Below, piece by piece: positions 53,656-64,000 of a stretch of DNA of 64,000 bases. How positions within the stretch are numbered: the first letter of the stretch is position 1; every line of letters begins with the position of its first letter. The translations under genes were made by a program, and so were the position numbers. Below the pieces are notes generated by a model. The model was not told where the DNA came from. It saw only the letters and a program-made list of their open reading frames with translations, and did not search any database. This stretch comes from Alphaproteobacteria bacterium (GTDB lineage: Bacteria; Pseudomonadota; Alphaproteobacteria; Caedimonadales; UBA1908): the NCBI GenBank assembly GCA_021298595.1, contig JAJTHL010000003.1, forward strand, positions 713 to 64,712, read 5' to 3'.

Positions 53656-54891
53656 TTACAAAATACGGCGAAGGGGCTTGATCTTAAGGAGGACCTTGGA
53701 CACCAAAAGCCACGAAACACCTAGGCTAAAAGCACCCGAAAGCGCAAATTTCAAAAGGGCAGGTAGATCAAGATCATAAAGCTTCACATGCATCCAAAGG
53801 GCCAGGGGCTCGTGTACGATATAGATCCCGTAGGAACACGCCGCCAAAGAAATCCAAAAGGGCCTTGGTGTATTAAGGAACTTGGCGAATAGCGACAAGT
53901 ACATGGGCATCAGAACCATGATGTAAAAGCCTAAAAGAGTTGTTCTGATCAGGGGATAAATCCCTTGACCTTCTGTAATGTAGGTCCACACGCCCGCCCA
54001 GTCGCCCGCCTCAATGAGCGGCATGAACCCACGGTCATAGGCGCCGTCATAGAAGTACAAAAGGGTATACGCGGTATAAAGTCCGCCAATGACAAGGCTT
54101 GCCATAAGCCATGCGGCCCAGCTGTCTGACAGACGCTTGAGAAGATCAGAATCCTTGAAAAATCCCGCGAAATAGGCCCCTACCCCTAGGAAAAAGCAAA
54201 ACCCTTCAATAATGAAACGCGCGCGCCTGACATAAAACACAGGCTTAAACCCAAACCACCAGTGGGCGCCCCACACCATGTCACTGAGCCCCAAAATGAT
54301 GGCACTTATGAGGCTTAAGGTGATAAATCCCGCCACGGGACGCCTAAAGACAGCCCGCATGCCAGCTCCAAGGGCGCGAAGACTCCATGGCAGCACAAGA
54401 TTGAGAATCAAGACAATCGCCGTTAAAAGGGCTAAATAGTACAGAAACCAAAAGCTGCCCATGATGAAGTTTTCAAAGGGGCTATTTTCCCAGTGCACAT
54501 AATCATGCCACCAAAAATCAAAAAAGCCTTTCAGGATTCCGTCTCGAATGACGGCCTTGTTGTAAGCAACAAACCCCGCCACCACCGACACACCAACGAC
54601 GAAGGGAATGCCAAGCCTTAGAAGACGTTCCTTTAGAAAACCTATGTATCCTCGCCGCTCCAACGACACAAAGACAAAAAGGCCTGCAAGGGCCAGCAAA
54701 AACGGCATCATAATGGCGTCGTTATGTAGATGCCATACGTCAATCAGGGTGCTACGGTTGATGTCCGACATAAACCAGAAATCAGAATAGTTTTGAGAGT
54801 AAGCATGCATAGAATGATCAAGGACCACCAAAAGCACCATAAATCCTCTGATGTAATCTAAGTACAGCTGGCGATTCACTTCGCGTTGCAT
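53656..54891 (-). CDS. Acyltransferase-3 family membrane protein (OpgC/MdoC-like), paralog
   Basis: YLDYIRG, ERLLRLGIP, WFL, SYGIYIVH; RBS before ATG 54891. Confidence 0.85.
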   Translation of the reverse strand: MQREVNRQLYLDYIRGFMVLLVVLDHSMHAYSQNYSDFWFMSDINRSTLIDVWHLHNDAIMMPFLLALAGLFVFVSLERRGYIGFLKERLLRLGIPFVVGVSVVAGFVAYNKAVIRDGILKGFFDFWWHDYVHWENSPFENFIMGSFWFLYYLALLTAIVLILNLVLPWSLRALGAGMRAVFRRPVAGFITLSLISAIILGLSDMVWGAHWWFGFKPVFYVRRARFIIEGFCFFLGVGAYFAGFFKDSDLLKRLSDSWAAWLMASLVIGGLYTAYTLLYFYDGAYDRGFMPLIEAGDWAGVWTYITEGQGIYPLIRTTLLGFYIMVLMPMYLSLFAKFLNTPRPFWISLAACSYGIYIVHEPLALWMHVKLYDLDLPALLKFALSGAFSLGVSWLLVSKVLLKIKPLRRIL

Positions 54892-54905
54892 GGGGCACCT
54901 CGTTT

Positions 54906-55505
54906 TTAAGATGGGGTTTGACCCCATTTAGCCATGAAATCTTTGTTGGGTGTTGGGGCAGTTGCAATGGCGGGCAGAATGTCGTCTACGCAGGAGACAA
55001 GCGTAAATAGTGCTGCGTCCTCTCGCCGCACGAACCCTTGATCAACCATGTGATGGAAAAAAGTCGTAAAAAGGCCTGACCAGTACTGATCGATATCCAC
55101 CAAGATGATGGGCTTTGTGTGCAGCCCCACCTGTTTCCAGGTTAACATCTCGAAGGTTTCATCAAGGGTGCCAAGCCCTCCTGGTAAAACAACAAAGGCA
55201 TCAGAGTGGTCAAACATCACTTGCTTACGCTCGTGCATGGTCGGCACAATTTGAAGCTCTGTGATGCCTGTATGACCGCCCTCATAGGAGTTAAGAAAAT
55301 CGGTCATAATCCCAAGCACGTTTCCACCAGCCTTCACGCACGCATCAGACACAACGCCCATAAGCCCTACGCGACCGCCACCAAAAACCATTTTGATTTT
55401 TTCATGGGCCAAAAGGCGACCCACCTTTTGGGCCGCCTCCACATAGACCGGTTTTGGATCAGCAGAAGATCCACAGTAAACGCAGATAGAATCGACTTGT
55501 CTCAT
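54906..55505 (-). CDS. LOG family nucleotide phosphoribohydrolase (TIGR00730-like)
   Basis: ICVYCGSS, GGGRVGLMG, MHERK, PGGLGTLDE. Confidence 0.92.
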   Translation of the reverse strand: MRQVDSICVYCGSSADPKPVYVEAAQKVGRLLAHEKIKMVFGGGRVGLMGVVSDACVKAGGNVLGIMTDFLNSYEGGHTGITELQIVPTMHERKQVMFDHSDAFVVLPGGLGTLDETFEMLTWKQVGLHTKPIILVDIDQYWSGLFTTFFHHMVDQGFVRREDAALFTLVSCVDDILPAIATAPTPNKDFMAKWGQTPS

Positions 55506-55570
55506 ACTTTTTTCTTTTCTTTCACAGAAACAATACCAAACAAGTCCTTATCCTATCATAAAAGACCCCT

Positions 55571-58500
55571 TTAGGAACAGCCGCTCGTGCTGCCACAAGT
55601 TACGCACTTCAAACAGGTTCCGTTACGCACCAGGGTGAAGTTTCCGCATTCTTGGCAAGAATCCCCTTCATACCCCTTCATACGCGCAACTTGCATTTGC
55701 TCAAGGACAGTCGTGCCTTCGGTTTCTGCATGCCCCTCTTGCTCCTCTTGGGACAGAACATTTGATTCCATATGCTTGAGAAGCGTTGTTGTGGAGGACA
55801 TGGTAGGGGCAGAGCCACCCGCAACGTTTTTACCGCCCTGTAACACGTAAAGGTTGCTGCGTACATAGCCGTTACTGGTTAAACGAGAAAGGGCCGCAAG
55901 TTTTGGTGCGTCTGGATCATCCTCATCAATCTCGTCTGTGTTTTCGTAAGCTTTTCCCACACTGCTCGAGACGATGTCCGACGGATCCACATGGGCAAGG
56001 TCCGTGCGCCCCAGGTAAGACACTGCAAGCTCCCTGAAGATATAGTCAAGGATCGAGGTTGCCATTTTAATGGCGTCATTGCCCGTCACCATGCCTGAAG
56101 GTTCAAAGCGCGTGAACGAAAACGCCTCGACGTATTCCTCAAGGGGTACGCCGTACTGCAAACCGATGGAAATGGCCATGGCAAAGTTGTTCATGAGGCT
56201 TCTAAAAGCAGCCCCTTCTTTGTGCATGTCCACAAAGATCTCGCCAAGCGAGCCGTTTTCATATTCGCCTGTGCGCAAGTAAACCTTATGCCCACCCACA
56301 ACAGCCTTTTGGGTGTAGCCCTTGCGGCGTGCGGGAAGCTTACGACGCCCTGTCTTATAGATGATTTTCTCCACAATCTTTTCAGCCACGGTCGCAACCT
56401 GTTGCGGTAAATTCATGGCCAAAAGGTTTGCAACAGAATCGTCATCCTCGGCATCATCATCTTCTGTGAGAAGAGAACTATTAAGGGGCTGTGACAGTTT
56501 TGAGCCGTCCCGGTAAAGCGCGTTGCACTTAAGGCCAAGGCGCCATGAGAGCAAGTATGCTTGCTTACAATCTTCCACTGTCGCCGAGTTCGGCATATTG
56601 ATGGTTTTGGAAATGGAACCCGATACAAAGGGTTGCACAGCTGCCATCATACGAATATGGCTTTCCGATGATAAAAAGCGCTTGCCAAAGCGACCGCAAG
56701 GACTGGCGCAGTCAAAGACAGGTAAGTGCTCTGGTTTTAGGTAAGGCGCCCCTTCAAGGGTCATGGTCCCACAGCAATAGGCATTGGCGCGCTCAATGTC
56801 ATCCTTAGAAAAGCCAAGGGCCCCCAGCATATCAAAGGACACATCGGCCAGTTGCTCTTTTGTAAAGCCAAGGATTTTTTGGCAAAACTCTTCACCAAGG
56901 GTCCACTTGTTAAAGGCAAAGCGAATGTCAAAGGCAGTCTTTAAAGAGTCCTCAAGGGCCGACAAGGTCGCTTGGGTAAAGCCTTTTTGGCGCAGCACCT
57001 CAAACCCGATGGCAGGCGCCCCGTCCAAAGTACCGTGACCTACGGCGTACGCTTCGATTTCAGCGCGCTCGGCGTCTGTGTACCCGAGGCGCTTCAAGGC
57101 TTTAGGCACCATCTGGTTGATGATTTTAAAGTAACCACCCCCCACAAGTTTTTTAAACTTCACAAGGGCAAAGTCAGGCTCGACGCCCGTCGTATCGCAG
57201 TCCATGACAAGACCAATGGTTCCCGTGGGCGCGATGACCGTTGTCTGGGCATTACGGAAACCATATTGCTCACCAAGGGTGAGTGCTTGATCCCACGCGG
57301 CCCTGGCAGCTTCAATGAGTTGCGGTTCGGGGCATGCTTTGCTTTCCAAGGCCACAGGCAGGATGGACAGATCCTCGTATCCTGCTTTTTTACCGTACGC
57401 CGCAAGGCGGTGGTTGCGAATAACACGCAACATCGCGTCTTTGTTTTCCTCGTAATGGGCAAAGGCCCCATGCTCTGCCGCAAGCTCCGCCGACGTTGCG
57501 TAGCTTACACCCGTCATGATGGCGGCAAGGGCGCCGCCAACGGCGCGTCCAGCGTCGCTGTCATAGGAAAGACCCATGGCCATTAAAAGACCGCCCAGGT
57601 TTGCGTAGCCAAGACCAAGGGTTCTGTAGTCATAGGTTCCTTGTGCAATTTCCTTTGACGGGGATTGGGACATAAGGACCGCAATTTCAAGCACCATGGT
57701 CCACAAACGACACGCGTGGATGTACTTTTCTACATCAAAAGCATTGGTAGTTTTGCTAGCATCATAGAACTGCGCAAGATTTAGTGAAGCAAGGTTACAG
57801 GCCGTGTCATCCAGGAACATGTATTCAGAACATGGGTTCGACGCGTTGATTCGTCCGCTTACGGGGCATGTATGCCACTCGTTAATGGTAGTGTCAAACT
57901 GAACACCCGGATCCGCGCAAGCCCACGCCGCGTAACCAATTTTATCCCATAGTTCCTTAGCACGCACCGTCTCGTACACAGAACCGTCTGTCCGCTTAAT
58001 CAAATTCCAAGCCTCGTCCTTTAAAACTTTTTCCAAGAACTTGTTGGGAACCCGCACAGAGTTGTTAGAGTTTTGACCCGAGACCGTAAAATATGCTTCA
58101 GAGTCAAAGTTTGTGTCATAGGTATCGAATTCAAAGTGCGTAAATCCTTGTTTTGCAAATTGAATCATACGTTGGACATAGTTTTCACTGACAAGAGCAC
58201 GGTTGGCAGCCTTTAAAGCGGCCTTCAGGGTTGGGTTTTTTTGGGGATCAAAACGGTCATCGCTCGCGCCAAGTTGACAGGCTTGAAAAACCGCTTCCAA
58301 ATGTTTTTTGACAATCTTAGATCCCGTCACAAGAGAAAGTACTTTTTGCTCTTCGACGACTTTCCAGTTGATGTATTCCTCGATATCTGGATGGTCAATA
58401 TCAACGGTCACCATCTTGGCCGCACGCCTTGTGGTGCCACCCGATTTGATCGCGCCTGCCGCCCGGTCTCCAATTTTCAAGAAGCTCATGAGGCCTGAGG

Positions 58501-59245
58501 AGCGCCCCCCACCCGAAAGGGATTCGCCGCGCCCACGCAGATTTGAAAAGTTTGTGCCCGTGCCAGAGCCATACTTGAAAAGGCGTGCCTCACGCACCCA
58601 CAAATCCATGATGCCCCCCTCGTTCACAAGATCATCCTTGATGGATTGAATGAAACAAGCATGGGGTTGAGGACGCTCGTACGCCGAAGTTGAGTGACTC
58701 AGTTTTCCTGTCTTTTCGTCCACATAAAAATGCCCTTGGGACGGACCATCAATGCCATAGGCCCAGTGAAGGCCCGTATTAAACCACTGAGGCGAGTTGG
58801 GCGCTGCCATCTGGGTGCACAGCATATACCGCATTTCATCAAAAAAAGCGCGGGCGTCTTTTTCCTTGGAAAAATAGCCCGACTTCCAACCCCAATAGGT
58901 CCACGTCCCAGCAAGCCGATCAAAAACTTGACGCGCGTCCTTTTCCCCTTCAAGAGTCACGGTGCCATCAGCATCACTGTCTGCCACATGGCGCTGAAGC
59001 CAAGACGGCACCCCCTTTTCAGCCACAGGTTTTAACTTTTGAGGCACACCCGCTTTGCGGAAGTATTTTTGTGCCAAAATGTCACAAGCCACTTGTGACC
59101 AAGAGCTTGGCACATCCATTTCTTCAAGGCGAAACACCACAGAGCCATCCGGATTGCGGATTTCACTTGTTGCTTTGCGGAAGGCAATTTTATCGTAGGG
59201 GCTTTGGCCTTCTTGAGTAAAACAACGCTTAATCTCCATGGTCAC
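55571..59245 (-). CDS. nrdJ: Adenosylcobalamin-dependent ribonucleotide reductase (class II)
   Basis: [41 protein letters not shown]-like domain, C-terminal CxxC..CxxC..GCS. Confidence 0.97.
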   Translation of the reverse strand: MTMEIKRCFTQEGQSPYDKIAFRKATSEIRNPDGSVVFRLEEMDVPSSWSQVACDILAQKYFRKAGVPQKLKPVAEKGVPSWLQRHVADSDADGTVTLEGEKDARQVFDRLAGTWTYWGWKSGYFSKEKDARAFFDEMRYMLCTQMAAPNSPQWFNTGLHWAYGIDGPSQGHFYVDEKTGKLSHSTSAYERPQPHACFIQSIKDDLVNEGGIMDLWVREARLFKYGSGTGTNFSNLRGRGESLSGGGRSSGLMSFLKIGDRAAGAIKSGGTTRRAAKMVTVDIDHPDIEEYINWKVVEEQKVLSLVTGSKIVKKHLEAVFQACQLGASDDRFDPQKNPTLKAALKAANRALVSENYVQRMIQFAKQGFTHFEFDTYDTNFDSEAYFTVSGQNSNNSVRVPNKFLEKVLKDEAWNLIKRTDGSVYETVRAKELWDKIGYAAWACADPGVQFDTTINEWHTCPVSGRINASNPCSEYMFLDDTACNLASLNLAQFYDASKTTNAFDVEKYIHACRLWTMVLEIAVLMSQSPSKEIAQGTYDYRTLGLGYANLGGLLMAMGLSYDSDAGRAVGGALAAIMTGVSYATSAELAAEHGAFAHYEENKDAMLRVIRNHRLAAYGKKAGYEDLSILPVALESKACPEPQLIEAARAAWDQALTLGEQYGFRNAQTTVIAPTGTIGLVMDCDTTGVEPDFALVKFKKLVGGGYFKIINQMVPKALKRLGYTDAERAEIEAYAVGHGTLDGAPAIGFEVLRQKGFTQATLSALEDSLKTAFDIRFAFNKWTLGEEFCQKILGFTKEQLADVSFDMLGALGFSKDDIERANAYCCGTMTLEGAPYLKPEHLPVFDCASPCGRFGKRFLSSESHIRMMAAVQPFVSGSISKTINMPNSATVEDCKQAYLLSWRLGLKCNALYRDGSKLSQPLNSSLLTEDDDAEDDDSVANLLAMNLPQQVATVAEKIVEKIIYKTGRRKLPARRKGYTQKAVVGGHKVYLRTGEYENGSLGEIFVDMHKEGAAFRSLMNNFAMAISIGLQYGVPLEEYVEAFSFTRFEPSGMVTGNDAIKMATSILDYIFRELAVSYLGRTDLAHVDPSDIVSSSVGKAYENTDEIDEDDPDAPKLAALSRLTSNGYVRSNLYVLQGGKNVAGGSAPTMSSTTTLLKHMESNVLSQEEQEGHAETEGTTVLEQMQVARMKGYEGDSCQECGNFTLVRNGTCLKCVTCGSTSGCS

Positions 59246-59397
59246 ATCCTCTAAGTTTTAATAAAATGCTTATTTAATTAAATAAAAAGTAAAGAAACAC
59301 AATATCTCCTTAAATAAGAAGGTATCTTTAAGAACATAATGTGGTATCCTCTGAGGATATTGGAGACGTTTTGCGACCGCGTCAATAGGATTTTTCC

Positions 59398-61218
59398 ATG
59401 ACTTTTTCACCTACACCTCCTCAAAAAAGGAGACCTTTGAACCCTCTCAAGATGTTATTGAGCGCCCTTTGGCCCATGGGCAAAAAACATATTAAAATTC
59501 TTTTTGTGGTGGCCGCCCTCCTCCTCATCTTATCGCGCTTAGCGAACTTGTATCCCCCTCTTCTTTTTAAAGAAATTGTGGACAGTTTGTCTATCTCGCA
59601 AACGTCTCACCTCCTTCTTATTACGCCCGTGGCAATGATTGTGGGATACGCTTTTACGCGTTTTCTTTCACAGCTCTTTTCTGGGCTTAAAGATTCACTC
59701 TTTTCACCTGTCACACAAAACGCCATGCACCGTATTGCGTATGACGTCTTTTGTAAACTTCACCGCCTGAGCCTAAAATTTCACTTAGATCACAAAATGG
59801 GCGGCACAGGGCGTGCTCTTGAGCGAGGGGTAAAAGGAATTGATACGTTTTTGCGCTTTGCTGTTTTCATGGTGATTCCAGCCTTCTTAGAACTAACCCT
59901 TTCGTGCGGTCTGCTGGGCTGGCTTTATGGTCCTGGGCTTGCCCTTTTTGTCATCATCATCTTGCTGGCTTATATCAGCTTCACACTGCTCTATACCCAG
60001 TGGCGCCTGCGCATTGTGAGAAAGATGTCAGAAGTAGACTCAGCCTCCAACGCGCAAGTTGTTGAAAGCCTTTTACAATATGAAACAGTAAAGTATTTTA
60101 ATAACGAGCCCTTTGAAGCCGCGCGTTACGACAAACTCCTTGGGCAATACGAGAAAACAGCTGTCATCACCCAATTCACGCTCTCACTGCTTGACATAGT
60201 TCAAGGTCTTATTATTGCTATGGGACTGAGCGGTGCTCTTTGGTTGACCTATCATAAAATGGCGTCTCACGCCTTGACCGTAGGTGACTTTGTCTTTGTG
60301 AATACTCTTCTCATACAATTGTTTATCCCTTTGTGGTCCTTGGGTTTCGCCTACCGAGAGGTAAAGCTTGCCCTGATCAACATGGAAGAAATGTTCGCCC
60401 TTCTTGACGTGAATGAAGAAATCCAAGATGTCCAAGATGCAAAAAAACTCCTTTGTAGCGTATCGGACATAACGTTTAGGGACGTCTCATTTTCTTATAC
60501 CCCAGAAAGGGCTATTTTGAAAAAAGTATCCTTTCATGTACCGGCTGGCAAAACTGTAGCCATTGTGGGGCCAAGTGGTGCTGGAAAATCAACAATCTTG
60601 AGGCTTCTTTTCAGGTTTTATGACGTAACGTCTGGTGACATTTTGATTGGTGATCAAAATATTTCACATGTCACGCAGGAAAGTGTGCGCGCCGCCATCG
60701 CCGTTGTCCCCCAAGAAACCATTCTTTTTAATGAATCCATTGGATTTAACATTGCCTATGGCAAACCTGGCGCGACCCAAGAGGACATTGAAAAAGCAGC
60801 GCAAAAAGCAAAGATTCATGACCTCATCATGTCTTTTCCCGAGAAATATGACACCCTGGTAGGAGAGCGCGGCCTCAAGCTCTCGGGCGGTGAAAAGCAG
60901 CGCGTCGCCATCGCTCGCGCCCTCTTAAAGGCGCCTAAGATCTTCTTTTTTGATGAGGCGACCTCTTCCCTTGATACCCAGACCGAAAAGGAAATTCAAA
61001 AAAGCTTGAACGAGGTCTCACGCAAAACAACAACCCTCATCGTCGCGCACCGACTGTCCACCATTGTGCACGCCGACGAAATTTTGGTTTTAGAGGCCGG
61101 CACCATTGTGGAGCGGGGCACCCACGAAACGCTTCTGACCCAAGGAGGCCTTTACAAAACCTTATGGCGCAAGCAGCAACAAGACCTTGTCAGAGGTATA
61201 GAGCAAGGACTATCCTGA
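59398..61218 (+). CDS. ATM1/ABCB7-like ABC transporter
   Basis: LHRLSLKFHL, YETVKYFNNE, LGFAYRE, GERGLKLSGGEKQR. Confidence 0.92.
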   Translation: MTFSPTPPQKRRPLNPLKMLLSALWPMGKKHIKILFVVAALLLILSRLANLYPPLLFKEIVDSLSISQTSHLLLITPVAMIVGYAFTRFLSQLFSGLKDSLFSPVTQNAMHRIAYDVFCKLHRLSLKFHLDHKMGGTGRALERGVKGIDTFLRFAVFMVIPAFLELTLSCGLLGWLYGPGLALFVIIILLAYISFTLLYTQWRLRIVRKMSEVDSASNAQVVESLLQYETVKYFNNEPFEAARYDKLLGQYEKTAVITQFTLSLLDIVQGLIIAMGLSGALWLTYHKMASHALTVGDFVFVNTLLIQLFIPLWSLGFAYREVKLALINMEEMFALLDVNEEIQDVQDAKKLLCSVSDITFRDVSFSYTPERAILKKVSFHVPAGKTVAIVGPSGAGKSTILRLLFRFYDVTSGDILIGDQNISHVTQESVRAAIAVVPQETILFNESIGFNIAYGKPGATQEDIEKAAQKAKIHDLIMSFPEKYDTLVGERGLKLSGGEKQRVAIARALLKAPKIFFFDEATSSLDTQTEKEIQKSLNEVSRKTTTLIVAHRLSTIVHADEILVLEAGTIVERGTHETLLTQGGLYKTLWRKQQQDLVRGIEQGLS

Positions 61219-61302
61219 TTTAGACGGAAAATACTTAAACAAAAAAACCTCAAGCACGCCTCATACTTTCTTGAGTTTTTTATGGTCTAAAGCGCCAACG
61301 AC

Positions 61303-62294
61303 CTAGTCGTCTGTTCGTTCCGCCACAATGGAAAGCATGGATTCAAACGCGTCGGGACCAATGTCCTTTGGCGCAAGGTTGATTACTTTGATGATTCTAA
61401 ACTTGTCACCTAAAGCGCGGGCCAAAGAAGCCTCGGTGTGGTAAAACATCACGCGGTCTGTTACTAAATAGTTTTGCGCCTTTACTTGCTTCACTGTTTG
61501 ATAAATATGACCTGGCTTTTCATGAGCACTCGGCTTGCGTGTCGTGATGGTGGGTGTTCCTAAAATTCCCGTCAAGCTGCTGTTAAGCAAATCTTTACGC
61601 TGAAAAAAGACCAGACCTGAATCATTTGCGCGCGCAAACCGGTCAAATTCATCCCCGGGTGTTGGGGTCACAACGGTCATAAAGAGCCGACCAACACCTT
61701 GTTCGAAAAGAAAGGCCGCCTTACCGACAAAAGCACCAAGCTGCGCATCATCCCAAAAATGGGCGACTTTATTCAGGTTGATCCCGGTATACCCGCCTTC
61801 AAAAGCTCCAGTGAACTTTACTGTGAGAAAATCACCCGAACGAAACCGCGCGATGGTCTCGATAGTTAACTCTGGACTCACTTCTTTGACTAAAGTTTTT
61901 ACTCGTGCTTGCATTTCTTCAAATTGAGCTTTTTGAAGCTCATACGCCGTCACATGGGTTTTACCTGTAAGGAGCATCCCTACCGTATCGGATCCTTGAC
62001 CAGCACCCACATCCATAAATCTTTTGCGCGAAGGCTGACTGGCACAAAAAGTCAAAAGTTCTTTTTGTACTAAAGCAATGGGGAAAAATCCCATCCGTAA
62101 TCTACGTACACGCGATTTGGGAGCATCAGTCCATCATCATGTTGGATTTCTGTATTTGGTCCCTTTGCCATTTTTTTAAAGACGTTGGAAGCTCTTTCAG
62201 CATATTCAGAAGAGCAAGTTGATGGCAGAAAAGAAGAATAAGAAAACTCATCTGGGTCACAAGACGCAAGACAAGTCAGAGAAAACACCGCCAT
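61303..62294 (-). pseudogene. Class I SAM-methyltransferase-like protein, split near 62095
   Basis: FMDVGAGQG motif I, GDFL, KVAHF; the upstream 74 aa ORF joins by a one-base insertion (YG|MGFF). Confidence 0.6.
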
Positions 62295-62428
62295 AAGAGA
62301 CGTGCAGAGATATGCTAACAGCTTATAAGAATTTTTTTAGAATACTTATAATGAGAGAAACGATAAATATATTCTTGTCGCGCAAATATTTTATCAATTT
62401 TATGCGCACCCGATTTTGGGAATGTTTT

Positions 62429-62998
62429 CTACCAAAAAGTTGGATTTCGCCTGAGATCTATGTGGATAAAGTTGGATTTTGGGTAGTACCCGACGCCGCC
62501 TGCGCGCAAGATTTTTGCCGCATCTCGCAGCTTTTTCAAGGGGACACCTTGAAGTCTCACATCCACAGCGCGCCCTGACATGTGAAGGCTTTTTTCAGCC
62601 ACACCTTTATTTTTTTTGCGCAGGCTTTTGTTTGTATGGGGAGAGCGGTACCCACAGACAAGCTCAAGGGGCCTGTAGGTTCCAAAAGGTCTATGAAGAC
62701 ACTCAAGAAGATCATAAAGGGATTGTTCCATGGGGTGTGTTTCATCGGTGCGTCTATCGCGCATGAAATAAGACAGTTCTTTAAGAGCATCGGGGTTGTA
62801 GGCTCCCCCCTCTTTGAAAGTTTTCTTGAACCACTCTCCGGTGTGCATATTATAAAGATATAGTTTTTTTTCCTGCGCCGCTTTCGCGCGAAGCAAAGTT
62901 GGTACCCCAAAAGTGAGGCCCAAGCTTAAAGCACTGCCCTTTAAGAAGGTTCTTCTGGAAACTGAAGGGAGGATTAAGTCTGCCATCATTGTCCTCAA
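62429..62998 (-). CDS. DUF882/YcbK (MepK-like) M15 peptidase with Tat signal
   Basis: SRRTFLK, NMHTGE, GYRSPxTN, SLHMSGRAVD, GGVGYYP, FIHID. Confidence 0.92.
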   Translation of the reverse strand: MRTMMADLILPSVSRRTFLKGSALSLGLTFGVPTLLRAKAAQEKKLYLYNMHTGEWFKKTFKEGGAYNPDALKELSYFMRDRRTDETHPMEQSLYDLLECLHRPFGTYRPLELVCGYRSPHTNKSLRKKNKGVAEKSLHMSGRAVDVRLQGVPLKKLRDAAKILRAGGVGYYPKSNFIHIDLRRNPTFW

Positions 62999-63183
62999 AA
63001 AGCATTTCTTCTCCTCTATGAGTAGAAAAAATGACTTTTGATGACAACCCTAAAAAAGGTTTAATTTTGAAAAAATTTTTCACCTTATCTTAACGGACCT
63101 GCAAGGCACTGATAATTAATAGACTTTAGTATAATAGATGAAAGCCTCTAAAGCCCTCCCCTTTGTCTACTCAACGTTTTATG

Positions 63184-64000
63184 TTAAGCGACAGCTGCCA
63201 TAGCACTTTTGAGGATACGTGTGAGATCATCGCGCAGTGAGTCCATTTCTTTCGCAACATTCTTAGCCCGGTCTTCTACGTCCACAGCTGCCTTGTTTGT
63301 CACTTGCATGCCTGAGGTTAGAAGGTCAATGTTTCTGGATACATGTTCGGTGTCTTCGGCGGCTTGCTCCATGCTTTTTGAAATTGCTTGAGTGGCCGAG
63401 CTTTGCTCTTCCACGGCACCTGCGACAATGGTTGAAATCTGGGTGATTTCTTCGACGGAAGAACCAACGTTTTCCATGGCCTGAACAGCTTTTTGGGTCG
63501 TTTCTTGGATAGCTTGTATTTGCTGAGCAATTTCTTCGGTTGCTTTGGCCGTTTGGGTGGCAAGACTTTTTACTTCGGACGCCACCACCGCAAAGCCTTT
63601 TCCTGCCTCTCCAGCGCGCGCCGCCTCAATGGTTGCGTTCAAAGCCAAAAGATTTGTTTGGCTTGCAATATCGCTAATCAGCTTGACGACTTCGCCTATT
63701 TTAGAAGCCGCCCCCGCAAGCTCGTTAATCACATCTCCTGCCTCTCGGGCCTTGGAGACAGCGTGATTTGTAATCTGCGACGATCTTGATGTTTGAGAGC
63801 TAATCTCGCGCACGGAACTGAGAAGTTCTTCTGAGGCGGCTGCCACACTTTGAACGTTACCTCGCGTTTTTTGAGACGCCGAGTTTGCCACATCCATTTG
63901 CCGGATGGCATCCCCTATATTGCCCACCATATCTTGGGAACTGCGCGCCATATCCTCTGAAAGAAGAATTATATTGCGAATGGCTGATTGCACGGAGTGT
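63184..64000 (-). CDS. Methyl-accepting chemotaxis protein, 5'-truncated by window edge
   Basis: [34 protein letters not shown]. Confidence 0.92.
   Translation of the reverse strand, partial: HSVQSAIRNIILLSEDMARSSQDMVGNIGDAIRQMDVANSASQKTRGNVQSVAAASEELLSSVREISSQTSRSSQITNHAVSKAREAGDVINELAGAASKIGEVVKLISDIASQTNLLALNATIEAARAGEAGKGFAVVASEVKSLATQTAKATEEIAQQIQAIQETTQKAVQAMENVGSSVEEITQISTIVAGAVEEQSSATQAISKSMEQAAEDTEHVSRNIDLLTSGMQVTNKAAVDVEDRAKNVAKEMDSLRDDLTRILKSAMAAVA

Noticed and set aside
55571-59245. Intein or intron in the long NrdJ
   Set aside because: Length fits the long alphaproteobacterial NrdJ type; no intein splice-junction or LAGLIDADG motifs seen
59296-59346. Possible NrdR boxes upstream of nrdJ (acacaatatctcct; aacataatgtggt)
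   Set aside because: Only half-site matches to the palindromic consensus; too weak to call

Overview
Chromosomal window from an alphaproteobacterium, most likely a Holosporales-like host-associated lineage. The evidence is DUF1465/RcdA, a 17-kDa glycine-zipper antigen, an HslV propeptide, a perfect CtrA box and many signal-peptide orphan proteins; this taxonomy is inference. Left to right: (1) a ~9 kb tandem array of four paralogous secreted helical-repeat proteins built from two shuffled modules; (2) a cobalamin riboswitch heading class Ia nrdAB, with B12-dependent nrdJ 45 kb away; (3) candidate effectors (TPR/F-box, methyltransferase-like) and a soluble 3xPAS chemoreceptor; (4) a detox cluster (GNAT, hydrolase, ADH, SDR, CMD, MarR-DUF1398); (5) envelope genes (lpxC, anmK, mlaC, mlaA, DsbA, ABC exporter); (6) a ~9.3 kb putative gas-sensing phosphorelay (MHYT hybrid kinase, FIST/NosP, second hybrid kinase, RR, Hpt, PAS-GGDEF-EAL); (7) two tandem beta-barrel OMPs; (8) mlaEFD, ygfZ, HIT, hslVU, rcdA-like, rpmE, a second GGDEF-EAL, two acyltransferases, LOG, nrdJ, an ATM1-like ABC transporter, DUF882 and a partial MCP. 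At least nine reading-frame lesions occur: seven 1-bp indels mostly in homopolymers, one in-frame TAA and one 29-bp tandem duplication. They may be assembly errors or real. No rRNA, tRNA, CRISPR array or transposase was seen. Product calls come from motif recognition by eye, not from database searches.
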